Below, one piece after another: positions 1 to 12,859 of a DNA stretch of 64,000 bases (position 1 is its first letter; each line of letters starts with the position of its first letter). The stretch covers positions 34,596,001 through 34,660,000 of the forward strand of contig OX597829.1 in assembly GCA_951406725.2 (NCBI GenBank), written 5' to 3'. Source of the DNA: Octopus vulgaris (taxonomy: Eukaryota). The notes beneath the pieces are model-generated. The model did not search any database, was not told where the DNA came from, and saw nothing but the letters and a program-made list of their open reading frames with translations. Made by a program: the position numbers and the translations under genes.

Positions 1-1314
1 CATGGAGAAGCTGCCTCTGCTGACAAACCTGCCGCTGAGGAGTACGTGAAAGAGATGTTCAAGACCATCATTGAGGAAGGGGGATATTTGCATGAACAAG
101 TTTTCAATATGGATGAGTTTGGCCTCTTTTAGAAATGGATGCCATCGTGGACTTTCCTTATGAAGGAGGAGGCCAGAGCCCCAGGGTTTAAGGTGTACAA
201 AGATCACCTCACAATTATAATATGTGGAAATGCTGCAGGCTTTATGGTAAAGCCAGGGCTTATTTATAAGTCCAAAAACCTAAGGGCCCTCAATAACCAA
301 AAAAAGAACCTGCTGCCAGTGCATTGGATGCACAAGCAGAAGGCATGGATAATGAAACCACTGAAATCAGATTGGTTTTACCAATGCTTCACCCCTGAAG
401 TCAAGGTTTTTCTTACCAAAAAAGGATTGGAATTCAAAGTGTTTCTCCTAATGGACAATGCTGGAGGTCATGCACTCGACCTGTTGTATGAGGGTGTACA
501 AATTGAATTCTTACTGCTGAACACAACATCATTGATCCAACCCATGGGTCAAGATGTTATTCATGCTTTTAATGTGCTCTATACGTGAAACTTCCTGCTG
601 AAGGAGTACTGGCATGGTTACACCAATGCAACATGTCTCAAAAAAATTCCGAAGGCCATAAAGGAAACTTTGAATTGTCAGCTGAAAGAAATTGTAACCA
701 GAAGCAGTCTACGACTATAAAGGAATCTCTCCTGATGAAATTCACCACTCTGCAGTGGATAAGGCAGTGAAGCTGGCAAAATTGCTAGGAGGAGATGGTT
801 TCACCAATATGACTACCAAAGACATTAATAACCTGATCAAGGCCCACTCAGCTCCATTAACAGATGAAGATCTGGCAGAGATGACAAAGTCAGCAAGTGA
901 GAAAGAAGTCATCCTTTCACTAGAACACCACTCAACTCTAGCAAAAACGGCAAAAAAACTTCAAGGAATGGCAGAAGATTGAGACCTCTAGATGATTCAT
1001 GTGTTGCAGCTCAGAAATGCAATCGACGGAACCATGGAAGCTTATAAAAACCTCCTTACACAGAAGAAAAAGCAGTGCTAGCAACTACCCATCACTATGT
1101 TTCTCACCTGCAAAAAAGGAGAAAAGATAGGTACTCCTAAGAGTGTGGGAGAGTTTATAAAAGCTTAAATATATAAAAATTATAAAACAAATGTACACAA
1201 ATTATGAAAATGATTTTAAAAAATATACAGAAGAGTACTGTTTCTACTTTGTGGATTTTCACTTATTGCGGGGAGTTTTGGAATGTAGCACCTGTGATAG
1301 TCAAGGGATTACTG
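1..1314 (+). mobile_element. Tigger/pogo-family DNA transposon, decayed, 5' end outside window
   Basis: Frame from base 1 reads HGEAASAD...VFNMDEFGLF*KWMP. ORFs 139..588 (LLMDNAGGH, NTTSLIQPMGQDVI), 585..770 and 755..982 are frameshifted pieces of a pogo DDE transposase. The element ends in the TIR-like AGGGATTACTG (to 1314) followed by TA. Confidence 0.88.
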
Positions 1315-1364
1315 TATATCTAAATATAAGTATATATATATATATGGTGACATACAGCTAGATA

Positions 1365-2649
1365 CGAGGGGCGTTCAATAAGTAATGCCTCTGACCCACT
1401 TACCTTTGTTTGATCTAGCTGAAATTTTGCATGTGCAATTATTGATATCTCTATAGTGGCAAATTACAGCTCCGAACTAACTGTGGTTTCTGATTTACAG
1501 GTGTTTGAAATGAGTCAAGTGGGAAATGGAGCATGTTGAGTGTCGAGCAGTGATCCGGTTTTTGTATTTGAAATGACGCACACCACAGGAGACTTTTAAT
1601 GAAATGAAAGTAACTTATGGTGATGATGCCCCATCATATGACCTTGTAAAACGCTGGCATCGTGAATTCAAACATGGTCAGAACTCTGTGGAAACAGCTC
1701 CCAGATCTGGTCGCACCCCTTCTGCCATTGATGAGGCATCTGTCCGTCAAGTTGAGGCTGCCATTTTGGAAGATCGACGCATAACTATTCGCCAAATAGC
1801 CCATGAGGTCAAGATTAGTACCGGGTCTGTGGAAACTATCATTCATGACCATTTGCATATGCAAAAGGTGTCTGCCAGATGGATTTCCAGGTTGCTCACA
1901 CTTTTCCAGAAGCAAGAACGCAAGAATTCCAGAAGCAAGAATTTAGGGATGTGCCAAGAAGATGAGTCAAAATTTTTCAAAAGACTGATTACACAGGATG
2001 AGACCTGGGTCCATCGCTATGATCCAGAGACCAAAGCCCAGTCAATGCAGTGGAAGCACCATGACTCACCTCCTCCAAAGAAGGCAAGGGTGCAGCCCTC
2101 CGCTGGCAAGGTCATGCTCACAGTCTTCTGGGACCAGGACGGAGTAGTGATGACAGATTTCCTGGCAAAGGGTACCACAATTACAGGAGCCTATCATGTT
2201 TCACTTTTGAGGAAATTAAGAGAAGCTATCGAAACCAAGAGGCGGGGCAAGATCAGCAAAGCATCCTCCTCCTGCAGGACAACGCTCTGGTCCACAACTC
2301 GCGTGTCGCCAGATCAGAAGCACAGGCGTGCAGCTATGAACTCTTCCCCCATCCCCCTACTCTCCTGACCTTGCACCCTCTGATTTTCACCTCTTCCCAG
2401 CCATGAAGTTGTTTTTGAAAGGAAAGCGTTTCCCAGATGATGCAGCCTTGATTTCTGAAGTCACGTCGTAGTTGGAGGACCAAGCTGGGGTCTTCTACGA
2501 AAACGGTCTCCAGAACTGCATCAAACGATGGGAGAAATGTGTAACTCTGGGTTGTTCCTATGTAGAAAAAGACTAATACCTGTGCCAAGTTTTGTTGCTC
2601 TACTGCTATGGGAAGTGGGTCAGGGGCATTACTTATTGAACGCCCCTCG
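1365..2649 (+). mobile_element. Full-length mariner (DD34D) transposon with inactivated transposase
   Basis: About 37-bp TIRs (CGAGGGGCGTTCAATAAGTAATGCC...) with one mismatch, TA on both sides (1363-64, 2650-51), length 1285 bp. ATG at 1526 and in-frame TGA at 1574. Motifs are ITQDETWVH, then after a frameshift near 2260 LLQDNA and HPPYSPDLAPSDFHLF. Confidence 0.95.
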
Positions 2650-2949
2650 TACATCCATATGCTTATAGATATTGAGCATATATGTGTATCCCTAGCTCTT
2701 GAGCATGTGAAGTTTTACATGTATAACTTAATTTCTTATTAAAGGTTAATATAAAAGGATGTATACAGAACTGTACATGGTATGTATTTGTAGAACTTCA
2801 TTCCTATATAAATTACTTAATATAGATACATAGCAATGTAGAATCATTATAGATATCTATGTAGATAATTGCAAATAAGTATTATGGGTGTAGAAAAATG
2901 AGGGGAAAGCTGAAGTGTTAGTTGTTAATAGGTGTAAGCTGATTTTTAT

Positions 2950-5030
2950 ATTTGAGATTGCTCATGGAGAAGGAATTGGGGAAGTAATTAGTATGTTTAA
3001 CTATTGGAGTTTAAAGTGATTTAAATGTTTAAAGATTTTTGTGTTTGCAGGAAGAGAGAGTTGTGGTTTAGTGGTCGGGGCTTAGATGATAAAATTTCCT
3101 GTAGTTCAGCACTACTGAGTCAGCAAGATGCTTCTGTTTACTTTGTATGGTTGTGCATATGACAATATTTTCCTATCAATGTGAATTGAGATATTTTCAG
3201 ATTTGTTTTATTTACATAGTGAAGTGTTGTTGTTTTTCCCTTTTGAGTTGCAAAATGTGCATATGTTGATGGTGTTTTGTTTTGAACTCTGTGTGCACAT
3301 GTGTGTAGCTGTGCATCCTGCTACATGTTGTTATGCTATAGTGTTACTCCATGAGACAGTTTTTGTTTAGAGAAGAGGATGAAGGGATATTGAAGTTTTG
3401 AGTAGAAGTGCTAGGTGTATAGTTTTGGTTTTAATATTATAGTAGTTGTTAGTGGTTATATGATTAGCTATACTTCTTACAAAGTTACTTGTTGTGGAAT
3501 ATGATATTTTTATACTGTGCTTATTTATCAGTTTGTGGTACTTGTGATTGGAGTGGAAGTGCTTTTGAAAGATTTTAAAGAATAGGCTGGCTATTGGTTT
3601 GGAGACTTGTGTGCTGATGGGCGATTGAACCAGATACTTTTTCTTTCCTTGGTTTAGTTTATTGTTGCTGTTATTTTATTTTTGTGTTTGACTTTATCTA
3701 TGTAGCTGTTGTACAATACTTCATTGAATGGTGTTGTACTTTCATTCAATATTGATTCAGTGGATGTTAAAGAAGAAAGTATTAGTGTGATGTTCTTGAT
3801 GAAGTTCTTAATTATATTATGAGAATTATTCTTTTCTAAATCTGTGCATTGAAGTTTCTGAGTAGACCAGTCATGGTTAACCTGTGGCTCATGGGACTTT
3901 CTGGAAGACACATCTAACAAACGATGAGCAGTTATGTCTCATGCAGCCAGCTTCTTGAAAAGGTTGCCCATGCCCAGAGTAAACCATTATCTCTATAGAG
4001 ACCATCTAAAATGAAGAAGAATTTGATATGTAGTGCTGATAATATGTATCGGTTAACAATGTTATTAACATCTACTAAGCCATTTGAACCCATGCTGACA
4101 TCAAATGGTTCTTTGGTGTTTTTCTTAATCCAGTATGAATCATTGTGAAAAAGAAGGAATTTCCTGGCTTGCAATAGTATTTCACTTTTTGTATCTTTGT
4201 TATGATTAATTTGGCCAAGTTCTAAGCTGTTGTAAATATTGATAATCATCTTGAAATTGTAATGTCATAGTTTTTAATGTCAAACTGGGAAAAGTAGCAA
4301 AATGTGTGTTACTTGGGATCTATTTAAGTCAACCAATTACAGTATAAGTGTTACACTAGAGATGTAGCACTGACCATGCTTTTATTTTGGATATGAATGT
4401 ACCAATGATTTTCTGGTTAATGGTACCTAAGTCCAATTTTGGAGTTTATTAACCTGACAGATTGTTATTGAAATTGGGTTTGTGATCTTTCATAGTGATA
4501 TATCAGAAGTTGGATGTTAAGTTATCTGTTCTGTCTTGAATTTTTAAGTCGGAGGTTTCATTTTTCTGTTATGTTGATGTTGTTTTAAAGACATGTCATG
4601 TTTCGTTTTGTTTTTTATATGTGCTAGAGACTGAGCTAGGAAGAAGGTGATTGTAAGAAGTTTGACTTTGCTAGACGTTGCTTGTCATCTGCTTTTACAG
4701 ACAAATGTGTGGCATTTTTGATGTAGTCCATTTTCTACTTTACCTCATTTTATGGGGTATTCATCCAGTTGTTAAATCTTATGTTCTTGATCTTGCAAAT
4801 GGTTCATCTTTGAAAGATTGTAATAATGGGTTAGGTAGTGGACATTTGACTGTCATAAATCCTTACTTGTTACTGGAATTTTTGTCCCGTTTGTCATTTT
4901 CAAAATGGCAAATTTTCCATCAAGGTCCTGGTTATTTGCAGGAGTATCTTCAGGTAATGTTTCTTCAGTATATTCTTAGTGGTAAAGCATATGATTTTGA
5001 TGCATCTTTTCAAATTTTCTATCAGTGTTA
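2950..5030 (-). mobile_element. Degraded Penelope-like element (RT plus C-terminal endonuclease region; Naiad/Hydra-like)
   Basis: Minus-strand fragments read ARKFLLFH..WIKK..PFDVSMGS and GLYRDNGL (3932..4249), NIIKN...ILSSLTSTESILNES (3654..3920), IWFN, HFHSNHKYHKLINKHSIKISYS, and a C-terminal SCKHKN. Many stops. Confidence 0.8.
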
Positions 5031-5059
5031 AGAAAGCATTCACATCAGAACAGCTATTA

Positions 5060-5226
5060 TATTGGTTTCAAATTTTGGCACAAGACTAGCAATTTCGAGG
5101 TGAGTGTGCATAACTGGTGCTTATTTTATTAACTCTAAAGAGATTTGAACCTAGAACATAATGATGGATGAAATGCTGCTAAGCATTTTATCCAGCATGC
5201 TAATGATTCTGACAGCTTGTCACCTT
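5060..5226 (-). mobile_element. Degenerate SINE, same family as 7073-7309
   Basis: Diverged reverse complement of the AAGGCGGCGAGCTGGCAGAA...TTAGCATGC SINE head and internal block. Confidence 0.55.
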
Positions 5227-5890
5227 GCAACGAAGCTGTTATATTGATGTTTGTTTTTATGTGAAACTACATATGAAAAGCAGTTGGCATTAAATGGAAT
5301 TATCATTCGATACTACAAGGTCACTGTTAACATTTTCTTTGAAAAATTTAGCCTGTACATATTGTTTGTTTTGGTTGCATGCCTAACAGCCTATTTGGAT
5401 ATATGTTTATCCATTCTTTTTTTCTTGCTTTACTGCATGTTTGTATGGTTGTCTTTGTGTTACTATGTTTCTTGATGCGATTGTTTCTGAAAAGATATTT
5501 TCTTCCAATTTTTCCTCTCAGCTTATTTTGATTTGCTTAATGTAAATAGTCTGACAATTTATATACTTGTGGTATGTGGGAATGCACACATGTGTGTGCA
5601 TCTACACATGCACATGTATGCACATGATTATGTGTGTTTATTTATTATGTATACTTTATACATATGTGCATAGATAGGTATGCTAATGCATATACATACA
5701 TGCACACACACACGCAACTGTGCATGTGCTGTTCATAGAAACTAGAGTTTACTTAGTTGCTACCCCTTAGAACCTTTCGACACTGAAATTGTCTCATCTC
5801 TTTCCCCATGCTGTAACAGCTACTCAGATTTCTTTCGCCCCTATTTTGCTCTTTATGTCTATGAAATGTTATATTGTTTTAAAATTTCGT

Positions 5891-6352
5891 ATTGACACTG
5901 ACCAGCCCTCACATACATATAGTAAGACAGAATTTTGTATTGACACTGACCAGCCCTCACATACATATAGTAAGACAGAATTTTGTATTGACACTGACCA
6001 GCCCTCACATACATATAGTAAGACAGAATTTTGTATTGACACTGACCAGCCCTCACATACATATAATAAGACAGAATTTTGTATTGACACTGACCAGCCC
6101 TCACATACATATAGTAAGACAGAATTTTGTATTGACACTGACCAGCCCTCACATACATATAATAAGACAGAATTTTGTATTGACACTGACCAGCCCTCAC
6201 ATACATATAGTAAGACAGAATTTTGTATTGACACTGACCAGCCCTCACATACATATAGTAAGACAGAATTTTGTATTGACACTGACCAGCCCTCACATAC
6301 ATATAGTACGACAGAATTTTGTATTGACACTGATCAGCCCTCACATACATAT
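5891..6352. repeat. 48-bp minisatellite, 9 full copies plus 1 partial
   Basis: Unit ATTGACACTGACCAGCCCTCACATACATATAGTAAGACAGAATTTTGT starts at 5891, 5939, ... 6323. Copies are near-identical with no spacers. Confidence 0.97.
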
Positions 6353-7072
6353 TGCAAGATAGATACACACTGACATACATTTACACATGTTAGTTGTCAT
6401 ATATGTATATGTATGTGTAGATGTGTGTTAAATAATGTACCGTTACATATGTATATGTTATAGATGTGTATATGTTTAATAACGCACCTATCGCGGAATG
6501 ACACACACACTGAGACATATACATACTCATACACTAACACACATACACTCACAGACAGATACACAGTCATATACAAAATGTGATGTTGTCATGTTATAAA
6601 ATGTCCTGTTGACAATAGAAAGATTATCTCTAGGAAATGTTATATTGTTTTAATCGAAATGATAATAATGAAAATAAAAATACAATTTCGTATTGACACT
6701 GACCAGCCCTCACATACGGATAGTATGTTTAATAACATACCTAACACAGAAAGATACACACACTGTGAAACATATGCACACTCATATACTCACACACATA
6801 CATTCACAGACAGATACACAATCATATACAAAATGTGACGTTGTCATCAGTTGTCACATATGTATATGTATGTGTAGATGTGTGTGTTCAGTAAAGTATA
6901 TTTAATAAAGTATATGTATATTTATGTGTAGATGTGTGTGTTTATTAATGTACCAAAGACGGGAAGACATACACACACTCATACACTTACACATGTACAC
7001 TCACAAACAGATACACAGTCATATACAAAATGTGATGTTGTTGTCGTCGTGATATAAAATGTCCTGTTGACA

Positions 7073-7309
7073 TTAAGGCGGCGAGCTGGCAGAAACGTTA
7101 GCATGCCGGGCGAAATGCGTAGCTGTATTTCGTCTGCCGTTACGTTCTGATTTCAAATTCCGCCGAGGTCGACTTTGCCTTTCATCCTTTCGGGGTCGAT
7201 AAATTAAGTACCAGTTACGCACTGAGGTCGATGTAATCGACTTAATCCGTTTGTCTGTCCTTGTTTGTCCCCTCTGTGTTTAGCCCCTTGTGGGTAGTAA
7301 AGAAATAGG
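7073..7309 (+). mobile_element. tRNA-derived SINE with 20-bp target-site duplication
   Basis: Head AAGGCGGCGAGCTGGCAGAAACGTTAGC...TTCAAATTCC and central GTCGACTTTGCCTTTCATCCTTTCGGGGTCGATAAATTAAGTACC. TSD TATAAAATGTCCTGTTGACA at 7053-7072 and 7310-7329. Related copies at 18.5 kb and 46.2 kb. Confidence 0.9.
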
Positions 7310-7564
7310 TATAAAATGTCCTGTTGACAATAGAAAGATTGCAGCATTGAAGATTTTTGTAAGCCATTCAAGAACACACAAAAACCGTTAGTTTCACTTC
7401 AACATTTAAATTTCCTTTGTGTCAAAATATTTTTGTTACTTTGAAACCGCAACCTGTTCACTGACAAAATTTTGTGCTGCATCTGAAAAAATAACAGTTA
7501 GTTCATGATATATAAGTATGTATATATGTAAATGTGCATGCATATACGCATATACGTATGTATG

Positions 7565-8781
7565 CAGTGGCAGACTGTCAAGGTTGCCAGCTTGCCTAAT
7601 GGTAAGTGGGCACCTGCGCCATTAAAATCCATATATGGGCGCCCATTTTAGTATCTAAGGGGCCCATCCCCTCAAGTTTGAGAATTTTTTAATTCACTTC
7701 TGGAAGAATGCATTATTTCAGCCTGGATGTGTTTGTAGACAGTTGAAAATAATACTTTTAACAGAAAAAAAAAAAAAAATAAACGATAGCATTGTAGTTG
7801 TGGGTGGGCCCTCTTAGTCTCCTGGCTACATACATACATACATACATACATACATACATACATACATACATACATACATACATACATACATACATACATA
7901 CGTACGTACATACATACATACGTACGTACGTACACATACATACATACATACGTACATACATACATACATACATACATACATACATACATACATACATACA
8001 TACATACATACATACATACATACATACATACATACATACATACATACATACATACATACATACATACATACATACATACATACATACATACATACATACA
8101 TACATACATACATACATACATACATACATACATACATACATACATACATACATACATACATACATACATACATACATACATACATACATACATACATACA
8201 TACATACATACATACATACATACATACATACATACATACATACATACATACATACATACATACATACATACATACATACATACATACATACATACATACA
8301 TACATACATACATACATACATACATACATACATACATACATACATACATACATACATACATACATACATACATACATACATACATACATACATACATACA
8401 TACATACATACATACATACATACATACATACATACATACATACATACATACATACATACATACATACATACATACATACATACATACATACATACATACA
8501 TACATACATACATACATACATACATACATACATACATACATACATACATACATACATACATACATACATACATACATACATACATACATACATACATACA
8601 TACATACATACATACATACATACATACATACATACATACATACATACATACATACATACATACATACATACATACATACATACATACATACATACATACA
8701 TACATACATACATACATACATACATACATACATACATACATACATACATACAGTGGTGGACTTAGTCCCAGTCTGCCACTG
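7565..8781. mobile_element. Non-autonomous hAT-like element enclosing the (TACA)n array
   Basis: Perfect 13-bp TIR CAGTGGCAGACTG (7565) / CAGTCTGCCACTG (8769-8781). The same 8-mer TATGTATG flanks both ends (hAT-size TSD), although it is low complexity. Confidence 0.6.
7827..8750. repeat. (TACA)n tetranucleotide microsatellite, about 920 bp
   Basis: Nearly pure TACA run with a few TACG variants near 7900-7955. Confidence 0.99.
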
Positions 8782-8926
8782 TATGTATGTGAGCATTTAT
8801 ATATGTGTGTTGACGTGTCTGCATGTATGTTTATGTACTGATATGTGTGTGTTCAATTCTATATATAACTGTTATTCCATCAAAGGTTGTATATATATAT
8901 ATATATATATAACAGCAAAGATTTAT

Positions 8927-9587
8927 TGCAACGGCATGTTGTAAGATGTCAAAGATGAAAGAACAGTGATCAGTTGGCAGTATTGCTATCTCTATTCTAG
9001 CTGTTTGGATAGGCCTAGTAGATATAGCATAACACAGTTCGTTAAGCATGCACGGTAAAGAAAGTTAATTTCAGCTTGTATATGTATGTACACGATCTCA
9101 CAGTAGTATATATAGAGAGATGTGGTAATGTTACAGAGAAAAGATAATGAGTTAGTGAAAGTGAGAGGGGTGGAACGAAACAGCTGCTTCGATGGTGCGT
9201 TACCAAAGCTGTCTCCTTGTGCCTTTTCTTTCAGAGACAGCGTTTTGTTCAGCTGGTCAGCCATACTCGGTTCTCACTAAGTGACTTTGTCTTACGGAGT
9301 TCTTGTTTTTATAACTATCCAAAATCAGCCAGAAGGATAGACATATTGTTGAGAACAATAGATTTCGTTGGCAGTTTGCTATCTCTATTCTAGCTTTTGG
9401 TAGCCTAGTAGAGGTTAGAAGGGTTAAGTTACAAAGACATAATCCTGCTTAGCGAAGGCATCTGGTAAATGTAACTGCTGTCACAGAAAAACTATTGTTT
9501 TACCATGAGAAAAGCACTGTTGATCTGTTAAGTGAAATTTGGCTATCGAGGATCGAATCCATGCTATGTCTGCATGAAACCACTACA
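8927..9587 (+). mobile_element. Solo LTR-like repeat (family A, copy 1)
   Basis: TG...ACTACA termini with flanks TTTAT/TCTAT (4 of 5 match). Shares long blocks (ATAACTATCCA, GTTGAGAACAATAGATTTCG, GTCACAGAAAAACTATTG, GATCGAATCC) with 11763-12486 and 20545-21217. Confidence 0.6.
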
Positions 9588-10683
9588 TCTATGTTCAGAG
9601 CATACGATCTCAGATCAGGTCACATGCTATGCAAGAACATCTCCGTAAATAGAAAGACTATCTCTCTCAAATGTTATATTGCTTTAATCGAAAGGAAAAT
9701 AAAATTTCATTGACACTGACCAGTCCTCGCATACATATAGTGTGTTTAATAACGTACCTAACGTGGAAAGACACACCCATTGTGAGACATTTTCACACAC
9801 ACACTAACACACATACATTCACAGATAGATACACAGTCATATACAAAATGTAATGTCGTTGTCGTCGTAGTCGTGGTTATAATTAAAAATAAAAGCATAA
9901 AACCGAAACATGGTATGTTTAATAACGTACCTAACGTGAAAAGACACACACACACTGTGAGATATATACACAGTCATACACTCACATACGTCATGGTGGA
10001 GGTTACAATTAAAAGCAAAAGTATAAAAGTGGAACATAACATTGTCATCGTGGTGGCTACAATTAAAGGTAAAAGTATGGAAGTGAAACAGTATATCACA
10101 TTACAATATAGATGTTATTCCTTCACTTTTATTCTTCGAGCTTTAAGATGTAATACGGAACTACTGTCAATGTTACATTGTTTTAAATTATATGTTGACA
10201 CTCGCGAGGTGTGCTGGCATTACCATCTAAAATTTTATTTGATTTGGTTGAGCCATTTGAAAATGCAACATTGGGAACTGATAGAGAGACAAAGGATTAT
10301 ATATACATATACATATACATGCATACATACATGCATGCATACATACATGCATGCATACACACATACACACACATACATACATACATACATACATACATAC
10401 ATACATACATACATACAAACACGCACACACGCCCCCCCCCCCCAATATACACACATATATTTCCTACATGGAGTGCTCTTTCAGTTTTCATGTAGGAAAT
10501 CCACTCACAAAGCTTTGGTTGGCCTGAGGCTATGGTATATATATATATGTATGTATATGTATATATATATACACACACAAATATATATTCCTACATATAC
10601 ATATATATATATATACACACATACATATATATATAATGTATATATGTATATACATATACATATGTACATATATATACATATAT

Positions 10684-10726
<43 letters not shown>

Positions 10727-10802
10727 GTATATATGTATATACATATGTACATATACATATATACACACATATATATACACATATATATACATATATATAC
10801 AT

Positions 10803-10837
<35 letters not shown>

Positions 10838-10908
10838 CATATGCATAAATAAATACATATATATATTTATACACACACGCACACACATACATATATACTT
10901 ATATGTAT

Positions 10909-11270
10909 GTCGTGATACTCCGTTGGTTACAACGACGAGGGTTCCAGTTGATCCGACCAACGGAACAGCCTGCTTGTGAAATTAACGTGTAAGTGGCTGA
11001 GCACTCCACAGACACGTGTACCCATAACATAGTTTTCGTAGAGATTCAGCATGACATAGAATGTGACAAGGCTGGCCCTTTGAAATATAGGTACAACAGA
11101 AACAGGAAAAAAGAGTGAGAGTAAGTTGTGGCGATAGAGTACAGCAGGGTTCGCCACCATTCCCAGCTGGTACCTCGTGGAGCTTTAGGTATTTTCGCTC
11201 AATAGTCACTCACAATGCCCAGTCTGGGAATCGAAACCACTGCCCTAACCACTCGGCCATTGCGCCTCCA
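10909..11270 (-). mobile_element. tRNA-derived SINE (second family)
   Basis: Minus strand starts TGGAGGCGCAATGGCCGAGTGGTTAGGGCAGTGGTTTCGATTCCC (A/B-box-like, internally deleted tRNA head). The 3' end abuts a TA/CA microsatellite. Confidence 0.75.
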
Positions 11271-11762
11271 TACATACAGAGTAGGAGAGAAATTGTGCCA
11301 ATACCAACCAATCAGAGTAGTGGGCACAGCGTGATCCAAATAGATGCCAAAGACTAGCTGTTCCCTGCTACGTTCGAATGCACGTATATTTAATAAATGG
11401 GAGAGGAATTACACCCGAGTCTACGCTACAAAGTCAAGGATTACGTAAACGTTTGTGAAAAAAAAAATGAAAGGAATAGAAACAAAAGAAGCAAAAGATT
11501 GAACAGTAGTAAATCGCATATACAACAGTAGTTGCAAAGCGCTAGATATTGGATTATTACTAGCAAAACATATGTAAGAACATATAATCGAATAGAAATC
11601 TTCTGTCTACTGGAAAACCTCACACGGGTTTTCTTCTTCCTTACAGGTACAGAAGACAAATAACCAACAAAATCACCACCGAAAACATCTCTTCTTGTCA
11701 GTTCCAAAAATACAGAGCTGCAAGACCAATGTAAGCATTATAAAAGGTTGATTTGGTGAGGT

Positions 11763-12486
11763 TGTAACGGTTTTGGCTCTTCGTTGAAGTCGAGGATCAT
11801 CACCAATTGTAATAGTTTGTTGTTAGTTGATTTCCATTATGTAAAGATGAAAGTACAGTGATTAGAGTTGTAAAGAAAATATTTATTTTATCGTTACATT
11901 GTAAAATACCTTGCCTCAACGGGCAGGTGATAAAATCGTAAAGCATGCGAGATAAAAAAAAGTTAATTTCGGCCTGTATGTTCTTATTATAGTAGTAAAC
12001 CATGTACAGAGAAAAGAAAGTAAGCTGAGCTAGTGACAGTGAGAGAGTCGAGGGAAGTTGTCTCGCATAGTCGCTGATTTTAACTTCCTTTTCCCCTTTG
12101 GCCGTTTGTCTTTAGTGGCTGCCTGCTTGTGACCATGATTCTAATGGTCTGCTCACTAACTGATGGTCACTCTCTCTAACTCAGGTTCTCACTAACTGAC
12201 TTTTGCTTGGAGGTTCTTGTTTTTATAACTATCCAGAAGGATAGATAGCCATATCGTTGAGAACAATAGATTTCGTTGGTGGTACTTGTTATCTTAATTC
12301 TAGCTTTTGGTGGCTTATTAGAGGTCAGAAGGGTCAAGTGGCGAAGACATCATTTTGATTAGCTAAGGCATCTGGCACATGTAAACTGCTGTCACAGAAA
12401 AACTATTGTTTTACTGTGAGAAAAGTTCTGTTGAACTGTTACTTGAAATTTGGCTATGGTGGATCGAATCCACTTCATGCCTGCAT
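11763..12486 (+). mobile_element. LTR-like repeat (family A, copy 2; 3' tip missing)
   Basis: Starts TGTAACGG and is colinear with 20545-21217 over about 700 bp. Confidence 0.6.
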
Positions 12487-12859
12487 AGTGAGGTCGTGAA
12501 CGTGATGGAGTGGAAATGAGTGAATGTGTGCTTGCTCAAAAAGTAAGACGAAAAGGATCCTTATCTAACTCCTCACAGGCAAGAAACAGCAATACAAATT
12601 CTTCTGGGTGAATAAAAGCTATGATACAATTAGGGTATGCATACTATTATCTGAAAAATGGGTTTGTAATAAAGGAATTAAGTTGAGACTTGTTATAACA
12701 ACCACATTTATTTCTTAATACACCTCACAGGATTGACAGACCAACAGCAAGACCATTTCTTTGAGGTCTTTCGGCAAACTACTTTTACGAAGACTAAAAG
12801 CGACTTCATTATTGTTGCTTAGAGAACCAAAATGTCATGTCATTTAGAAGTGTGTATCA

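Noticed and set aside
5891-6352. CRISPR-like array or repeat protein (ORFs 5789..6373 etc.)
   Set aside because: Units are contiguous with no unique spacers, there are no cas genes, and the context is eukaryotic. Open frames follow from the 48-bp period.
7672-8841. 300-370 aa ORFs (MYVC/TYIH repeats)
   Set aside because: Translations of a (TACA)n microsatellite that lacks stop codons.
9873-10979. 368-aa ORF and overlapping ORFs
   Set aside because: Run-through of local repeats, microsatellites and SINE pieces, with no domain signal.
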